Source: Candidatus Saccharimonadota bacterium (GTDB lineage: Bacteria; Patescibacteriota; Saccharimonadia; Saccharimonadales; Saccharimonadaceae). Taken from it: 37,568 bases of DNA. Positions within the stretch are counted from its first letter, which is position 1, and each line of letters opens with the position of its first letter. The notes below the pieces were generated by a model. The model saw nothing but the letters and a program-made list of their open reading frames with translations. It was not told the origin of the DNA and searched no databases. Positions 8,907 to 18,205 of this stretch are shown in pieces. The stretch is from positions 1 through 37,568 of the forward strand of contig JAQGGV010000003.1 in NCBI GenBank assembly GCA_028289185.1, read 5' to 3'. Made by a program: the position numbers and the translations under genes.

Positions 8907-9947
8907 TTAATACCAGGATTCGTGACGTGACCGCCACCACAAACTCTTGGCGGCTCGCTCGCCAAATTTGATCCACAGCGCGTACTGCCGTGGCCTGACG
9001 ACCAGATCGAATGCACCGACGTAATCGGTCACATGCTTGTTGAAACTGGTTTTGAATCGGCCAACGCCGTAATAGGGGTGTTGCTCGTCATTTATTTGGT
9101 CACTGGATGGGGATCCGTAGAGGTTGTGTTGCTTTGCACCGCGCTCCTTTGCCCAGGCAATGATATGCCATTGCAGCAGGTGGCTGGCGCCATAGGCGGT
9201 TCGTTCGCGCACGCTGGCACCATCTTTGTAGGTGCTTTTTTCGCCAAATACCATGGCGAACGCCGCCGCGACCAACTTGCCGTCGTAATTGGCAAAAAAC
9301 AGCTGACCCATCTCGGCACTAGCGAATGATTGCCATAGTTTTTTGAAATAGTCGTAGGGCCGGATGATAAAGGAACCGCTGGCAGTTTGCTGAAGCAGTT
9401 CATAGAACGCTTCGCAGTTTTTATCGGTTGCTTTCACTCGTTCAACTGTTACACCGTCACGTTCTGCTCTTTTGATAGCATGGCGACCCTTTTGGTTCAG
9501 CCCAGCCATAATTTCGTCGAGTTTTGGCCCTAGATCAATCAGCACGGTGGATGCGTTGGGTTGGATAGCTGCAACGTGTTTTAGCCCCAATTCGTGCAGG
9601 GCTTTCATGGCATCATCGGTCTTTTCCAGTTCGGGCTCAACTTTCACTGCAAAGACGCCGTGCTTGTCCGCAAACGACCGTAAATCAGGCAGTAAATCAC
9701 CAAGCTGGGGCACGGTTGATATGCCCGGTCCCTTGGGGATGTACCAAAAATTACCGAGTCCAGCAACGGGTTTTTCGAGGATTGTCAGTGCAACGCTACC
9801 AGCCAGTACATAGCGTGGTTTCCAATTCCCCATCTCTCGCATATGGGCGAACTGCACGCTCTGTAAAACGTCGCCACCATCGGGATTACCGAGGATTTTG
9901 GTGTTCCAATTATCTATTTCTGAACTGTCTGCGAGTCGCATCGTCAT
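8907..9947 (-). CDS. Second FemABX-family transferase
   Basis: DVLQS, WYIPKGP, QKGRHAIKRA, ASHLLQWHII and FKTSF motifs. Start ATG 9947, 6 nt after TACAAT. Confidence 0.9.
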   Translation of the reverse strand: MTMRLADSSEIDNWNTKILGNPDGGDVLQSVQFAHMREMGNWKPRYVLAGSVALTILEKPVAGLGNFWYIPKGPGISTVPQLGDLLPDLRSFADKHGVFAVKVEPELEKTDDAMKALHELGLKHVAAIQPNASTVLIDLGPKLDEIMAGLNQKGRHAIKRAERDGVTVERVKATDKNCEAFYELLQQTASGSFIIRPYDYFKKLWQSFASAEMGQLFFANYDGKLVAAAFAMVFGEKSTYKDGASVRERTAYGASHLLQWHIIAWAKERGAKQHNLYGSPSSDQINDEQHPYYGVGRFKTSFNKHVTDYVGAFDLVVRPRQYALWIKFGERAAKSLWWRSRHESWY

Positions 9948-9982
9948 AGAACCATTGTACCGGACCTGATATAGTCTAAGGA

Positions 9983-10417
9983 ATGGGAAATATCTTTTCG
10001 TCGACTGATATCCGCGGATACGTCGGCCAATCACTCACTACAGAATACGTTTGGAACGTCGGTAAGGCGTTCGCTGAATGGTTACCCGAAAAGGGTGCCA
10101 TTGTTGTTGTCCAGGCAGAACTTGCCGATGAGGGTACGGCGCATGCACTTACAGAGGGTATTTTGCTACAGGGTAGAAATGTCATAACGCAAAGCCATGG
10201 CGATCAACCAAAAGTCATTGCTGCAATTATGGAGAACAAGGCTGCTGGCGGTGCACTTATTGAGTACGAAAAAGTTCAAAATCTAGCCGTTATTACATTG
10301 TTTGATGAGCGCGGTGTCGCAATTATGGATAGTACTGGTCTGAGCAACATTAGTGAATTGGTTGATGCAGGGAACTTTCTACCCGCACCTGCTAAGGGTG
10401 AACTTCACGCGGCCTAA
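9983..10417 (+). CDS. Stand-alone phosphohexomutase (PGM/PMM) domain I-like protein lacking the catalytic Ser motif
   Basis: IFSSTDIRG N-terminus and VGKAFA helix as in PGM_PMM_I; no SHN motif; only 144 aa. Confidence 0.7.
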   Translation: MGNIFSSTDIRGYVGQSLTTEYVWNVGKAFAEWLPEKGAIVVVQAELADEGTAHALTEGILLQGRNVITQSHGDQPKVIAAIMENKAAGGALIEYEKVQNLAVITLFDERGVAIMDSTGLSNISELVDAGNFLPAPAKGELHAA

Positions 10418-10778
10418 CTGGTCGCACACTTCGGTACGACCCTACAATCCGTTTGATTTCTTGGCGAGTTAGCTGCTTGTTTTCGGTTGTCTCTAGCACT
10501 TCGGGAACGTTTGAATTTACCGCTTGAGCCTTAGCGGCGAGAGCCTCAATGTTTTGGTTCGCTCGATTAATCAGATCAAACTTGGCTTTTTCCTTGGCTG
10601 ATGTCGCCGTGAAGGAGGGGATGTGACTGTAATATTCGGCCATGACAGTATCATACAATTCGCGTGGTTCGCCCTCGGGGAGCTCGTCAGGGTCAAATTG
10701 CTCCCCGGGAGAATCAGACGGTCGATTGAAGTGATCGACAAGTTGCTGGTAGGGAACTGTATCATCGTCCTGGGTCAT
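10392..10778 (-). CDS. Hypothetical protein
   Basis: 128-aa ORF filling the gap, with TGGTAAGTT -10-like element 6 nt before the ATG. Confidence 0.65.
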   Translation of the reverse strand: MTQDDDTVPYQQLVDHFNRPSDSPGEQFDPDELPEGEPRELYDTVMAEYYSHIPSFTATSAKEKAKFDLINRANQNIEALAAKAQAVNSNVPEVLETTENKQLTRQEIKRIVGSYRSVRPVRPREVHP

Positions 10779-10814
10779 GCAACTAACTTACCATAAGTGT
10801 TGTAAAGAGGAAAA

Positions 10815-10841
10815 CTAGCACTCTGGTGTTGCAAGTGCCAA
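10815..10841 (+). promoter_or_regulatory. CIRCE element (HrcA operator)
   Basis: CTAGCACTC-N9-AAGTGCCAA versus consensus TTAGCACTC-N9-GAGTGCTAA, directly upstream of groES. Confidence 0.85.
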
Positions 10842-10889
10842 TTATTTTGTCTAGAATAGAAATAGATTAAAGTTCACGGAGGAGCACAA

Positions 10890-11153
10890 ATGAGTACCCC
10901 AATCAAACCGCTTGCTGACCGTGTGGTCGCTGTTGTTGAGGAAGCAAAGACCAAGACTGCAAGTGGTATCTATCTGCCAGACACGGCCAAGGAACAGCCA
11001 GCGTATGCGGTCGTTGAAGCAGTTGGCCCAGATGTCAAAAGCATCAAAAAAGGCGATAAAATTATTTATAAGCAATACTCGTCAACAGATCTCAAAATCG
11101 ATGGCAAAGAGTACTTAATCGTAAAAGAAGAAGACGTACTGGCGACAGTTTAA
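10890..11153 (+). CDS. groES: Co-chaperonin GroES
   Basis: IKPLADRVV, KTASGIYLPD, VEAVGP; SD GGAGG. Confidence 0.97.
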   Translation: MSTPIKPLADRVVAVVEEAKTKTASGIYLPDTAKEQPAYAVVEAVGPDVKSIKKGDKIIYKQYSSTDLKIDGKEYLIVKEEDVLATV

Positions 11154-11164
11154 GGAGTTAATTG

Positions 11165-12811
11165 ATGGCAAAAAAAGTATTTTATGATGATGATGCTAGG
11201 GCGCGTGTTCTCGGTGGCGCAAAGGCACTCTATGATGCAGTAAAGGTGACGTACGGACCAAAGGGGCGAAATGTGGTCATTGCCAAGGGCTATGGCGGAC
11301 CGACTGTGACCCATGATGGTGTAACGGTTGCAGAAGCGCTCGACCTCCCAGAACTCGACGACGAAACGCTCGGCTATAAAGTCGGTGCTGAACTTATTAA
11401 ACAAGCCGCCAGCAAACTGAATAAAGTTGCTGGTGACGGTACGACAACCGTCACGGTGTTGACATACAACATCCTCAAGGAAGCCAACCGCCTGATTGCA
11501 GCTGGCCACAACCCGATTGAACTCCGAAAGGGCATCGAGCTGGCTGCCGGTGACATCATCAAACAACTCGACAAGCTAGCCGAAAGTATCGAGGGCAAAT
11601 CGGACCGAGTCGCCGAGGTTGCGACTATCAGCGCCGGTGATGAACAGATTGGCAAGCTCATCGCCAGTGTCATCGAAAAGATTGGCAAGGACGGCATTGT
11701 GACTGTTGAGGCTGGGCAGGGGCTTGAGGTTGAGGCTGAGGTCGTCGAGGGCTTTAGTCTGGACAAAGGTTGGTCATCACCGTTCTTCGTCACAGATGCG
11801 GCTCGCCAGGAAGCAATCTACGAAAAGCCATCAATCATCATTACCGACAAAAAAATCGGTAGCGTTCAGGAATTCCTACCACTTATCGAAAAGCTCGCTG
11901 AAGCCGGCAAAAAGGACGTTGTCCTGATTGCTGACGAAGTCGAAGGCGATGCACTGAGCGTCTTGATCCTGAACAAATTAAAGGGTGTTCTGAATAGCGT
12001 TGCCGTCAAAGCACCGTCATTTGGCGACCGTCGCAAGGACATCCTGCAAGACATCGCAACGCTGACCGGTGGCGTTGTCATCAGTGACGACCAAGGTCTA
12101 ACATTTGAAAATGTCGGCCTCGATGTTATCGGTACGGCTCGTAAAATCATCGTTGGTAAGGATGTAACGACTATTATCGAGGGTGCAGGCAAGCCAAAGA
12201 CAATCACTGATCGCATTAAACAGATTACAGGCCAAGCCCAAAATGCCTCGAGTGAATACGACAAAGAACAGCTAGAGAAACGCGCCGCAGCCCTCAGTGG
12301 CAAAGTTGCCGTCATCAAAGTCGGTGGCGCCACAGAAACCGAAATCGACGAAAAGAAATACCGTGTCGACGACGCAGTGGCTGCAACCAAGGCAGCCTTA
12401 GCCGAGGGCATTGTTGCTGGTGGTGGTGTGACACTGGTCAATCTGGCAGCAACCATCAAGCCGGGCGGAGCCGACAGTATCAGTGCTGGCAAACAAATCC
12501 TCAAGCAGGCACTCCGTGTGCCATTTACTCTGATTACAGCCAATGCCGGTCTTAATAGCGAAGCACTCCTTGCGCAAGTCGAAGCAGCCAAGCCGGGGCA
12601 GGGAATTGATGTGAACAACCCCGAAGCTGGTCTGATTGATGTCAAAAAGGCCGGTGTTATTGATCCTGTGAAGGTCACAAAGGAAGCGGTGCTAAACGCT
12701 GTTTCTATTGCCTCGACTGCGGCTACCATGGGCGCGCTCATCGTCGACATCCCAGAGAAAGAAGACTCATCCGCAGGCGGTGGAATGCCTGGCGGCATGA
12801 GCATGATGTAA
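11165..12811 (+). CDS. groEL: Chaperonin GroEL
   Basis: GPKGRNV, AGDGTTT, VKAPSFGDRRK and a GGMPGGM tail; SD AAGGAG. Confidence 0.98.
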   Translation: MAKKVFYDDDARARVLGGAKALYDAVKVTYGPKGRNVVIAKGYGGPTVTHDGVTVAEALDLPELDDETLGYKVGAELIKQAASKLNKVAGDGTTTVTVLTYNILKEANRLIAAGHNPIELRKGIELAAGDIIKQLDKLAESIEGKSDRVAEVATISAGDEQIGKLIASVIEKIGKDGIVTVEAGQGLEVEAEVVEGFSLDKGWSSPFFVTDAARQEAIYEKPSIIITDKKIGSVQEFLPLIEKLAEAGKKDVVLIADEVEGDALSVLILNKLKGVLNSVAVKAPSFGDRRKDILQDIATLTGGVVISDDQGLTFENVGLDVIGTARKIIVGKDVTTIIEGAGKPKTITDRIKQITGQAQNASSEYDKEQLEKRAAALSGKVAVIKVGGATETEIDEKKYRVDDAVAATKAALAEGIVAGGGVTLVNLAATIKPGGADSISAGKQILKQALRVPFTLITANAGLNSEALLAQVEAAKPGQGIDVNNPEAGLIDVKKAGVIDPVKVTKEAVLNAVSIASTAATMGALIVDIPEKEDSSAGGGMPGGMSMM

Positions 12812-12858
12812 CACTTTTCTCTTACATACTGGAAATAACTTATGTTATTATCTCCAGT

Positions 12859-13992
12859 ATGATAGAAAGAACCCTGACCCCTCTTATTCGTTCCCATCTG
12901 GGACGCGGGCGGGTGATTGTCCTCTATGGCCCCCGCCGAGTTGGTAAAACCACGGTTGCACGACAAATACTGGCCGAAGCCCCGACAGAGGATCAGCTAT
13001 ATCTGAACTGCGACGAGATGGTAACGGCCGAGGCCCTGAAGCCGACCAGCCTGGCGGCACTCGAGCGAGTAATAGGTCAGGCGAAACGCATCGTTATCGA
13101 TGAAGCCCAACGAGTGCAGAATATCGGTCTCACGCTCAAATTACTGATTGACACGCATCCCGAACTCGATATTATTGCGACTGGCAGTTCATCGTTTGAT
13201 TTGGCGGGCAAGGTCAAGGAGCCGCTCACAGGCCGTGCTTATGAATTCTTTCTGACGCCACTGTCGGTCGCAGAAATCAAAAGTCATTTTGGCTATAGCA
13301 ACCTCCAGATGGAGACACTGTTTGATCGATTGCTACGTCTTGGCAGCTATCCGGGCATTGTCCTGACAGATGATAACCGTGCCGACGAGGAAATTATTGC
13401 CCTTGCCAATAACTATGTCTACAAGGACAGTCTAGAGCTAGTCGAGTTACGTCAGCGTCAACTTTTGCCGCGTCTCTTGCAGGCCCTCGCGCTCAAGATA
13501 GGCGAGGAGGTGTCCTACAACGAACTAGGGTTGATGTTCGGGGTAAAAGTCGAAACTATCGAGCGCTACATCACGCTACTGGAAATGGCCTTCGTCGTCT
13601 ATCGTTTGCCAGCACTGACGGGTACAGAAAAGGGAATGCTAAGTAATCGCAAGCGTAAAGTCTACTTCTATGACCTTGGTATTCGCAACGCACTCATACA
13701 GTCGCTTCAGCCGCTCGACCTGCGTGCTGACCGTGACGCTCTGTGGGAGAATTTCTGCATGAATGAACGCATGAAGCACTGGCAAGCAAACGATCAGCGT
13801 GTTCAACGTTACTACTGGCGTGCGCTGTCTCATGAGCTTGATTTGATTGAAGCCAAAGACGATATATATAATGCCTATGATTTTGCCTACACAGACAAAA
13901 AGCTCACAACACCGAAGTACTTTACCGATACGTATCCAGATGTGTCAGCTCAACTCATTCACACAGGCAATCTTTTAACGTGGCTTAGTTGA
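12859..13992 (+). CDS. AAA_14 ATPase with DUF4143 C-terminal domain
   Basis: GPRRVGKTT, IDEAQ, ATGSS, LTGR, KVYFYDLG and LWENF motifs. Confidence 0.9.
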   Translation: MIERTLTPLIRSHLGRGRVIVLYGPRRVGKTTVARQILAEAPTEDQLYLNCDEMVTAEALKPTSLAALERVIGQAKRIVIDEAQRVQNIGLTLKLLIDTHPELDIIATGSSSFDLAGKVKEPLTGRAYEFFLTPLSVAEIKSHFGYSNLQMETLFDRLLRLGSYPGIVLTDDNRADEEIIALANNYVYKDSLELVELRQRQLLPRLLQALALKIGEEVSYNELGLMFGVKVETIERYITLLEMAFVVYRLPALTGTEKGMLSNRKRKVYFYDLGIRNALIQSLQPLDLRADRDALWENFCMNERMKHWQANDQRVQRYYWRALSHELDLIEAKDDIYNAYDFAYTDKKLTTPKYFTDTYPDVSAQLIHTGNLLTWLS

Positions 13993-14046
13993 CGCCACCG
14001 CCGTAATCCGGTAGTGTTTAGAGAGAAGTAAACGAGGGGAATTATA

Positions 14047-14451
14047 ATGCCGCCAGCAGATAGCAGCACGCCTGCACCGACACCAGCACCGGAAACGCCT
14101 AAAAAGGTAAGTTTTTGGTCAAAACTTTTTGGAGGCAAAAAGGCCGCCGCACCAGCCGTACCAGAAAATCATGAATCACAGACACCAGCACCGCAACTCG
14201 ATGATAATACTACCGCCGCACCCGCAACAACCGAGGAAACAGCTGCTCCAAGCAACGAAGGCGAACAACTTCCGCCTACAGTAGAGACTCCGCCCTCTGT
14301 CGAGGGGACTCCAGCACCCGAGAACAACGATACGCCTCCAACATTGGCATCTCCACCAGTTCCTGAAGAGACTAGCGAACCAGCGCCAACCGACGACGAA
14401 CAAACACCGCCGACTGTACCGCCTGCAGGTCCAACACAACCAATCGTCTAA
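14047..14451 (+). CDS. Pro/Thr/Glu-rich disordered protein with KKVSFWSKLFGGKK amphipathic motif
   Basis: SD GAGGGG, 134-aa ORF, followed by a terminator. Confidence 0.8.
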   Translation: MPPADSSTPAPTPAPETPKKVSFWSKLFGGKKAAAPAVPENHESQTPAPQLDDNTTAAPATTEETAAPSNEGEQLPPTVETPPSVEGTPAPENNDTPPTLASPPVPEETSEPAPTDDEQTPPTVPPAGPTQPIV

Positions 14452-14470
14452 TTCATCCTCGATTATAATG

Positions 14471-14501
14471 AGACTCCACCCACAGAGGTGGAGTCTTTGT
14501 T
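14471..14501 (+). terminator. Intrinsic terminator
   Basis: AGACTCCACC-N6-GGTGGAGTCT followed by TTGTT. Confidence 0.75.
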
Positions 14502-14539
14502 GACAAGTTGCATTTTCTGTGGAACTAAGCTCTAGGGTA

Positions 14540-14568
14540 TTGACAATTTATAGCGTTTATGCTAGTCT
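14540..14568 (+). promoter_or_regulatory. Sigma70-type promoter
   Basis: TTGACA-17 nt-TAGTCT with TG extension, followed by an A-rich leader. Confidence 0.6.
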
Positions 14569-14637
14569 TCAGATAGAAGTTTTTCAAAACAAAAAACAAA
14601 ACAATAAAAAAAGTTAGCACCTTATAGGACCACCATC

Positions 14638-16665
14638 ATGAGCGAAACACCAGCGCCAGCAACATCAACCAAAGAAGCCGAAAAAATGGCAATTTGGAAC
14701 GACCCAGAACTCTCAACCTGGGAAAAAGCACATGCCATCAAAGACTTAGGTGACGAAGCCGAAGTATCAACTGAATCAGCTGATGACAAAAAGCAAGCCA
14801 TCATGAACGACGAAGATAAGTCTGATTGGGAAAAGGTCAACGAAATTCGCGCCCTTGATGATGCAGAGCCTGCTGCTGATCCTGGTGAAGCTGCACCCGC
14901 AAGTCCTGAAACATTCAGCGCCACCGTTGAAAGTGTTGTTGGTCCAACCGCTTTCGCTCAAATGACACCAGAAATGTTAAAGCGTATCGAGGACGATCCA
15001 AACCTCCGCACATTAGTAGAATTGCAAAGCAAAACTGACCCCGATGGTGAAAGCCTCGGCTCAATCTTTGAAGCAGACGAGGAAGCTCGTAACGCGCTTA
15101 TGGCCATTCTTGCGAAACTTGTCCCAGCTGATACCGCCGCACAGACACAAGATCCCGCCACAGCCGACCAACAGCCACCACGTGCGTGGAAAGATATGAC
15201 ACCCGAAGAACGCGGTGTTGCTATTGCCGCCAAATTTGGCGAAGACATCGCCCCAACTGATCGCGCTGGCATCGGTGCACAAGGTGTCGCGACGGCCTTA
15301 CATATCAGCTCTGCAAACCAATCACGAAAAGAAAAGAAGGCCCTTAAGCGTGCCGCAAAGCGCACAAAACATGAGCAAGAACTTCGTGACAAAGGCATGA
15401 CTGACGCAGTCGAAATCAAAAAAGAACTTGATAAACGTGAACGACGAACAAAAATCTTATCACGAGTTGCAATCGGCATCGCATCTGCCGCTGCAGCAGG
15501 CCTCGCAATCTATGGCTACGAACACTTTAAATATTTGCTCGATAACAGAACTGGCGCGGGTTCTACACCTAAGGTAAACGACCTTCCTCCTTCGAGCGCT
15601 GGCAGCCCAAGCCAGGAACAGCTCAAGCATGTATTTGATACGATGCCCGACACATCAAAAATGACCGATAAACTTCATCATGCCAATGACTTTAGTCCTG
15701 GCAACCCAGCTCTGTCGGCAAACGACAAAGCTGGTGCAATTAAGAACGTCACAGAAATGTTCCAGGGGAACCCAAACATCACTGCGATGTGGGCGTCACA
15801 ACTTCATATTCCTGGTGCCCCTGTTATGCCTCCTGTTGATGTTATGCAGCACAGTGATGCCGCCGTTTCGGCCTTTAACATTAAGGTGAACGACTGGGGT
15901 ACTTACCTCCATGACAACCCTACTGCCTACAATAATGTCATCTCCCAGATTACTGACAAATTGAACAAGGGAACGATTGGCAATGAAATCACTCTTCGTC
16001 CTGGCTATATGTCACCTGGTGCCAACAACTCGTTGACGCAACTAATCTATGGTGCGAAACCATCGGCTCCCGGTAGTCACGACGCGCACCAAGTGTTCAT
16101 GGATCCATCGGTTGGGTATGGTGACCAAAAAGCCCGTGAATACATCATCGATGGTCAGACGTACTGTTGGGATGAATATTGTAACCAGCTTTCGATTCAG
16201 CCTCCAGCGCAGATAGCTGCTCCGGCATCTGTACCACAGGAAATATTCCATTCACAAGTTGGCACAGTTCCTGCAGTTCCTCCAGCGGAAAGCATTGCAC
16301 CTCCACCAGTAAACATAGCTCCTCCTGTAGACACAGTTCCTCCAGGCGGTAGCCCTCCACCTGTCGATACTCCTCCAATTGATACACCTCCACCAGTAAC
16401 TCGTCCGGTAAAGGGTCCTGGCACTAACCCTGGTCTGCCACAGATGGGCTCAGGTATCGATGAAGGTAATAATCCGTTCACCGTCGCACCTCCAGAAACT
16501 CATAATGGTGTGACCGACGCCGTCCGTCCAGGACTAGGCGCAGACCCAGGTCGTCAAAGTGGCCTTGGTGTACCAGGAGCTCGAGAAGCTAACCCTGGTG
16601 CTGCACCCGGTGCAAGCATCGGTGGTGGCAATAACGGCCCCGGCTCACGTCCGAACGCAAATTAA
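14638..16665 (+). CDS. Large single-pass membrane protein with acidic N-terminal region and Pro-rich C-terminal region
   Basis: 675-aa ORF; TM segment VAIGIASAAAAGLAIYGY after a basic patch; PPVDT repeats. Confidence 0.85.
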   Translation: MSETPAPATSTKEAEKMAIWNDPELSTWEKAHAIKDLGDEAEVSTESADDKKQAIMNDEDKSDWEKVNEIRALDDAEPAADPGEAAPASPETFSATVESVVGPTAFAQMTPEMLKRIEDDPNLRTLVELQSKTDPDGESLGSIFEADEEARNALMAILAKLVPADTAAQTQDPATADQQPPRAWKDMTPEERGVAIAAKFGEDIAPTDRAGIGAQGVATALHISSANQSRKEKKALKRAAKRTKHEQELRDKGMTDAVEIKKELDKRERRTKILSRVAIGIASAAAAGLAIYGYEHFKYLLDNRTGAGSTPKVNDLPPSSAGSPSQEQLKHVFDTMPDTSKMTDKLHHANDFSPGNPALSANDKAGAIKNVTEMFQGNPNITAMWASQLHIPGAPVMPPVDVMQHSDAAVSAFNIKVNDWGTYLHDNPTAYNNVISQITDKLNKGTIGNEITLRPGYMSPGANNSLTQLIYGAKPSAPGSHDAHQVFMDPSVGYGDQKAREYIIDGQTYCWDEYCNQLSIQPPAQIAAPASVPQEIFHSQVGTVPAVPPAESIAPPPVNIAPPVDTVPPGGSPPPVDTPPIDTPPPVTRPVKGPGTNPGLPQMGSGIDEGNNPFTVAPPETHNGVTDAVRPGLGADPGRQSGLGVPGAREANPGAAPGASIGGGNNGPGSRPNAN

Positions 16666-16686
16666 TCATAGGAAAGGAATAGAACT

Positions 16687-18033
16687 ATGCGTACCTTTAT
16701 AAAAAACATCAAGCAAAAATTTGATCTTCGCACATCAAGCTTCGTAGTCTCAGTACTCCTATCGATTGTTGCCATTCCGGCAGCGGTGTTGGCCTACGGC
16801 CCAGATCGTCCAACCTTCACGATTACTGACCCAGCAACCTATGTCACATTTGACTCAATCACTAACGACCCTAGTTACGGTGACGAGCGGAACTTCTTTC
16901 GTGTCAAAGACGTCACGACAGGCGAACAATATGGCGATACGGCCAACCTAAAATCTGGCGACAAGTACGAAGCATTGATTTTTTACCACAACAACGCATC
17001 AAGCGACTTGAACACCAGTGGTGTTGGTATCGCTCACGGTGCCTATGCCCGAACAGCATTGCCATCGGTTATCCATGCCGGTACAAGCTCGACGACCGCA
17101 GAGGCATATGTTGGCGCAACCAACGCGAATCCTCAAACGGTGTATGACTATATCAACTTCAGTAACTCTGGCGCTGGTGACATCGCAATCCGTTATGTAG
17201 ATAACTCTGCCAAGATTTTCAACAACGGTGCGACCAATGGCCAAGCCATCAACGAAAACGCACTGTTTAGCAGCACTGGTACACCGCTTGGCTTTGACAG
17301 CCTAAACGGTGACCTGCCAGCCTGTGACCATTACTCTGGTTACATTACCTTTGACTTCACCGCCGTTGCTCCTAACTTCACCTTTGTCAAAAACGTCCGT
17401 CCAACTGGTACTGGCGCAGATGCCTGGAAACCCAACCTAACGGTTAACCAGGGCACAACAGTTGATTACAAACTGTCCTATGACAACACGGGTAACACTG
17501 CACAGAATGACGTCACCCTGCGTGATAAGCTACCTGCCGGTGTTACATTTATCCCTGGCAGTGCCAAACTCTATAACGGTAACTTCCCGGATGGCAAGAC
17601 GGTTGATGATAGTATTAGCAGCGCTAACGGTAGCGATATCGGCAACTACGCCGGTAGCAGTAGCGCAGATCTTCACTTCTCAGCACGCATTGATGCCGCT
17701 CCTTGTACGGTCCTGACAAACATTGCAACGGCCGCGACCGTGAATGGTGAGCTTGACTCAAGCGCAACCGTAACCGTTGCAGGAAATTGTGCTGGCGTTC
17801 TGCCAACGACTGGTCCTGCGCAAGTTATTGCTGGCCTGATTGGCCTAGGTGCAATCACTGTCGGAGTCGTGTACTTCCTGAAGAGCCGCCAAGAACTGGA
17901 ATTTGCGATGCTCCACACCCAGTCACACCCACTTACACTTTCGAAAAATGACCCGCCAACAGCTCCTGACGCTACGCAAGTAGAAGACGTTGAAGCTGAG
18001 CACAAACACAAAAAATCTGAGCACAAAAAATAA
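16687..18033 (+). CDS. DUF11-domain surface protein with LPxTG-like anchor
   Basis: Signal peptide, YGDERNF motif, DUF11-like NTGNTAQNDVTLRDKLPAGVTFIPGS, then LPTTG, a TM helix and a basic patch. Confidence 0.85.
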   Translation: MRTFIKNIKQKFDLRTSSFVVSVLLSIVAIPAAVLAYGPDRPTFTITDPATYVTFDSITNDPSYGDERNFFRVKDVTTGEQYGDTANLKSGDKYEALIFYHNNASSDLNTSGVGIAHGAYARTALPSVIHAGTSSTTAEAYVGATNANPQTVYDYINFSNSGAGDIAIRYVDNSAKIFNNGATNGQAINENALFSSTGTPLGFDSLNGDLPACDHYSGYITFDFTAVAPNFTFVKNVRPTGTGADAWKPNLTVNQGTTVDYKLSYDNTGNTAQNDVTLRDKLPAGVTFIPGSAKLYNGNFPDGKTVDDSISSANGSDIGNYAGSSSADLHFSARIDAAPCTVLTNIATAATVNGELDSSATVTVAGNCAGVLPTTGPAQVIAGLIGLGAITVGVVYFLKSRQELEFAMLHTQSHPLTLSKNDPPTAPDATQVEDVEAEHKHKKSEHKK

Positions 18034-18057
18034 ACATTGGTCCTTGCTCAGATTTAG

Positions 18058-18089
18058 AAACTCCCCTGTAGCTAACGCAGGGGAGTTTT
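18058..18089 (+). terminator. Intrinsic terminator
   Basis: AAACTCCCCTG-N9-CAGGGGAGTTT(T). Confidence 0.8.
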
Positions 18090-18100
18090 GCATATAAAAA

Positions 18101-18182
18101 GGAAGGGCTTGCCCTTCCGATTCTTTTACAAAGTGAATTTGCAAAAGAACCTCCTGCCCCTAAAGCCCATGCTGCGCATGGT
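18101..18182 (-). repeat. Three-hairpin structured element, copy 3
   Basis: Minus strand: CCATGC/GCATGG hairpin, CTTTAGGGG (18165-18157), GGTTCTTTTGCAAA/TTTGTAAAAGAATC hairpin, GGAAGGG-CAAG-CCCTTCC followed by TTTTT. Confidence 0.85.
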
Positions 18183-18205
18183 AGTCCACGGCTAGAGCCC
18201 TGTGT

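Noticed and set aside
11374..12966. Long antisense ORFs over groEL (and likewise over nrdA, pyrG and the kinase)
   Set aside because: Shadows of codon bias on the coding strand, with no motifs or start signals.
1357..18182. CRISPR array or integron attC interpretation of the three-copy element
   Set aside because: Copies are kilobases apart with no spacer array, cas or integrase gene, and no attC RYYYAAC/GTTRRRY ends.
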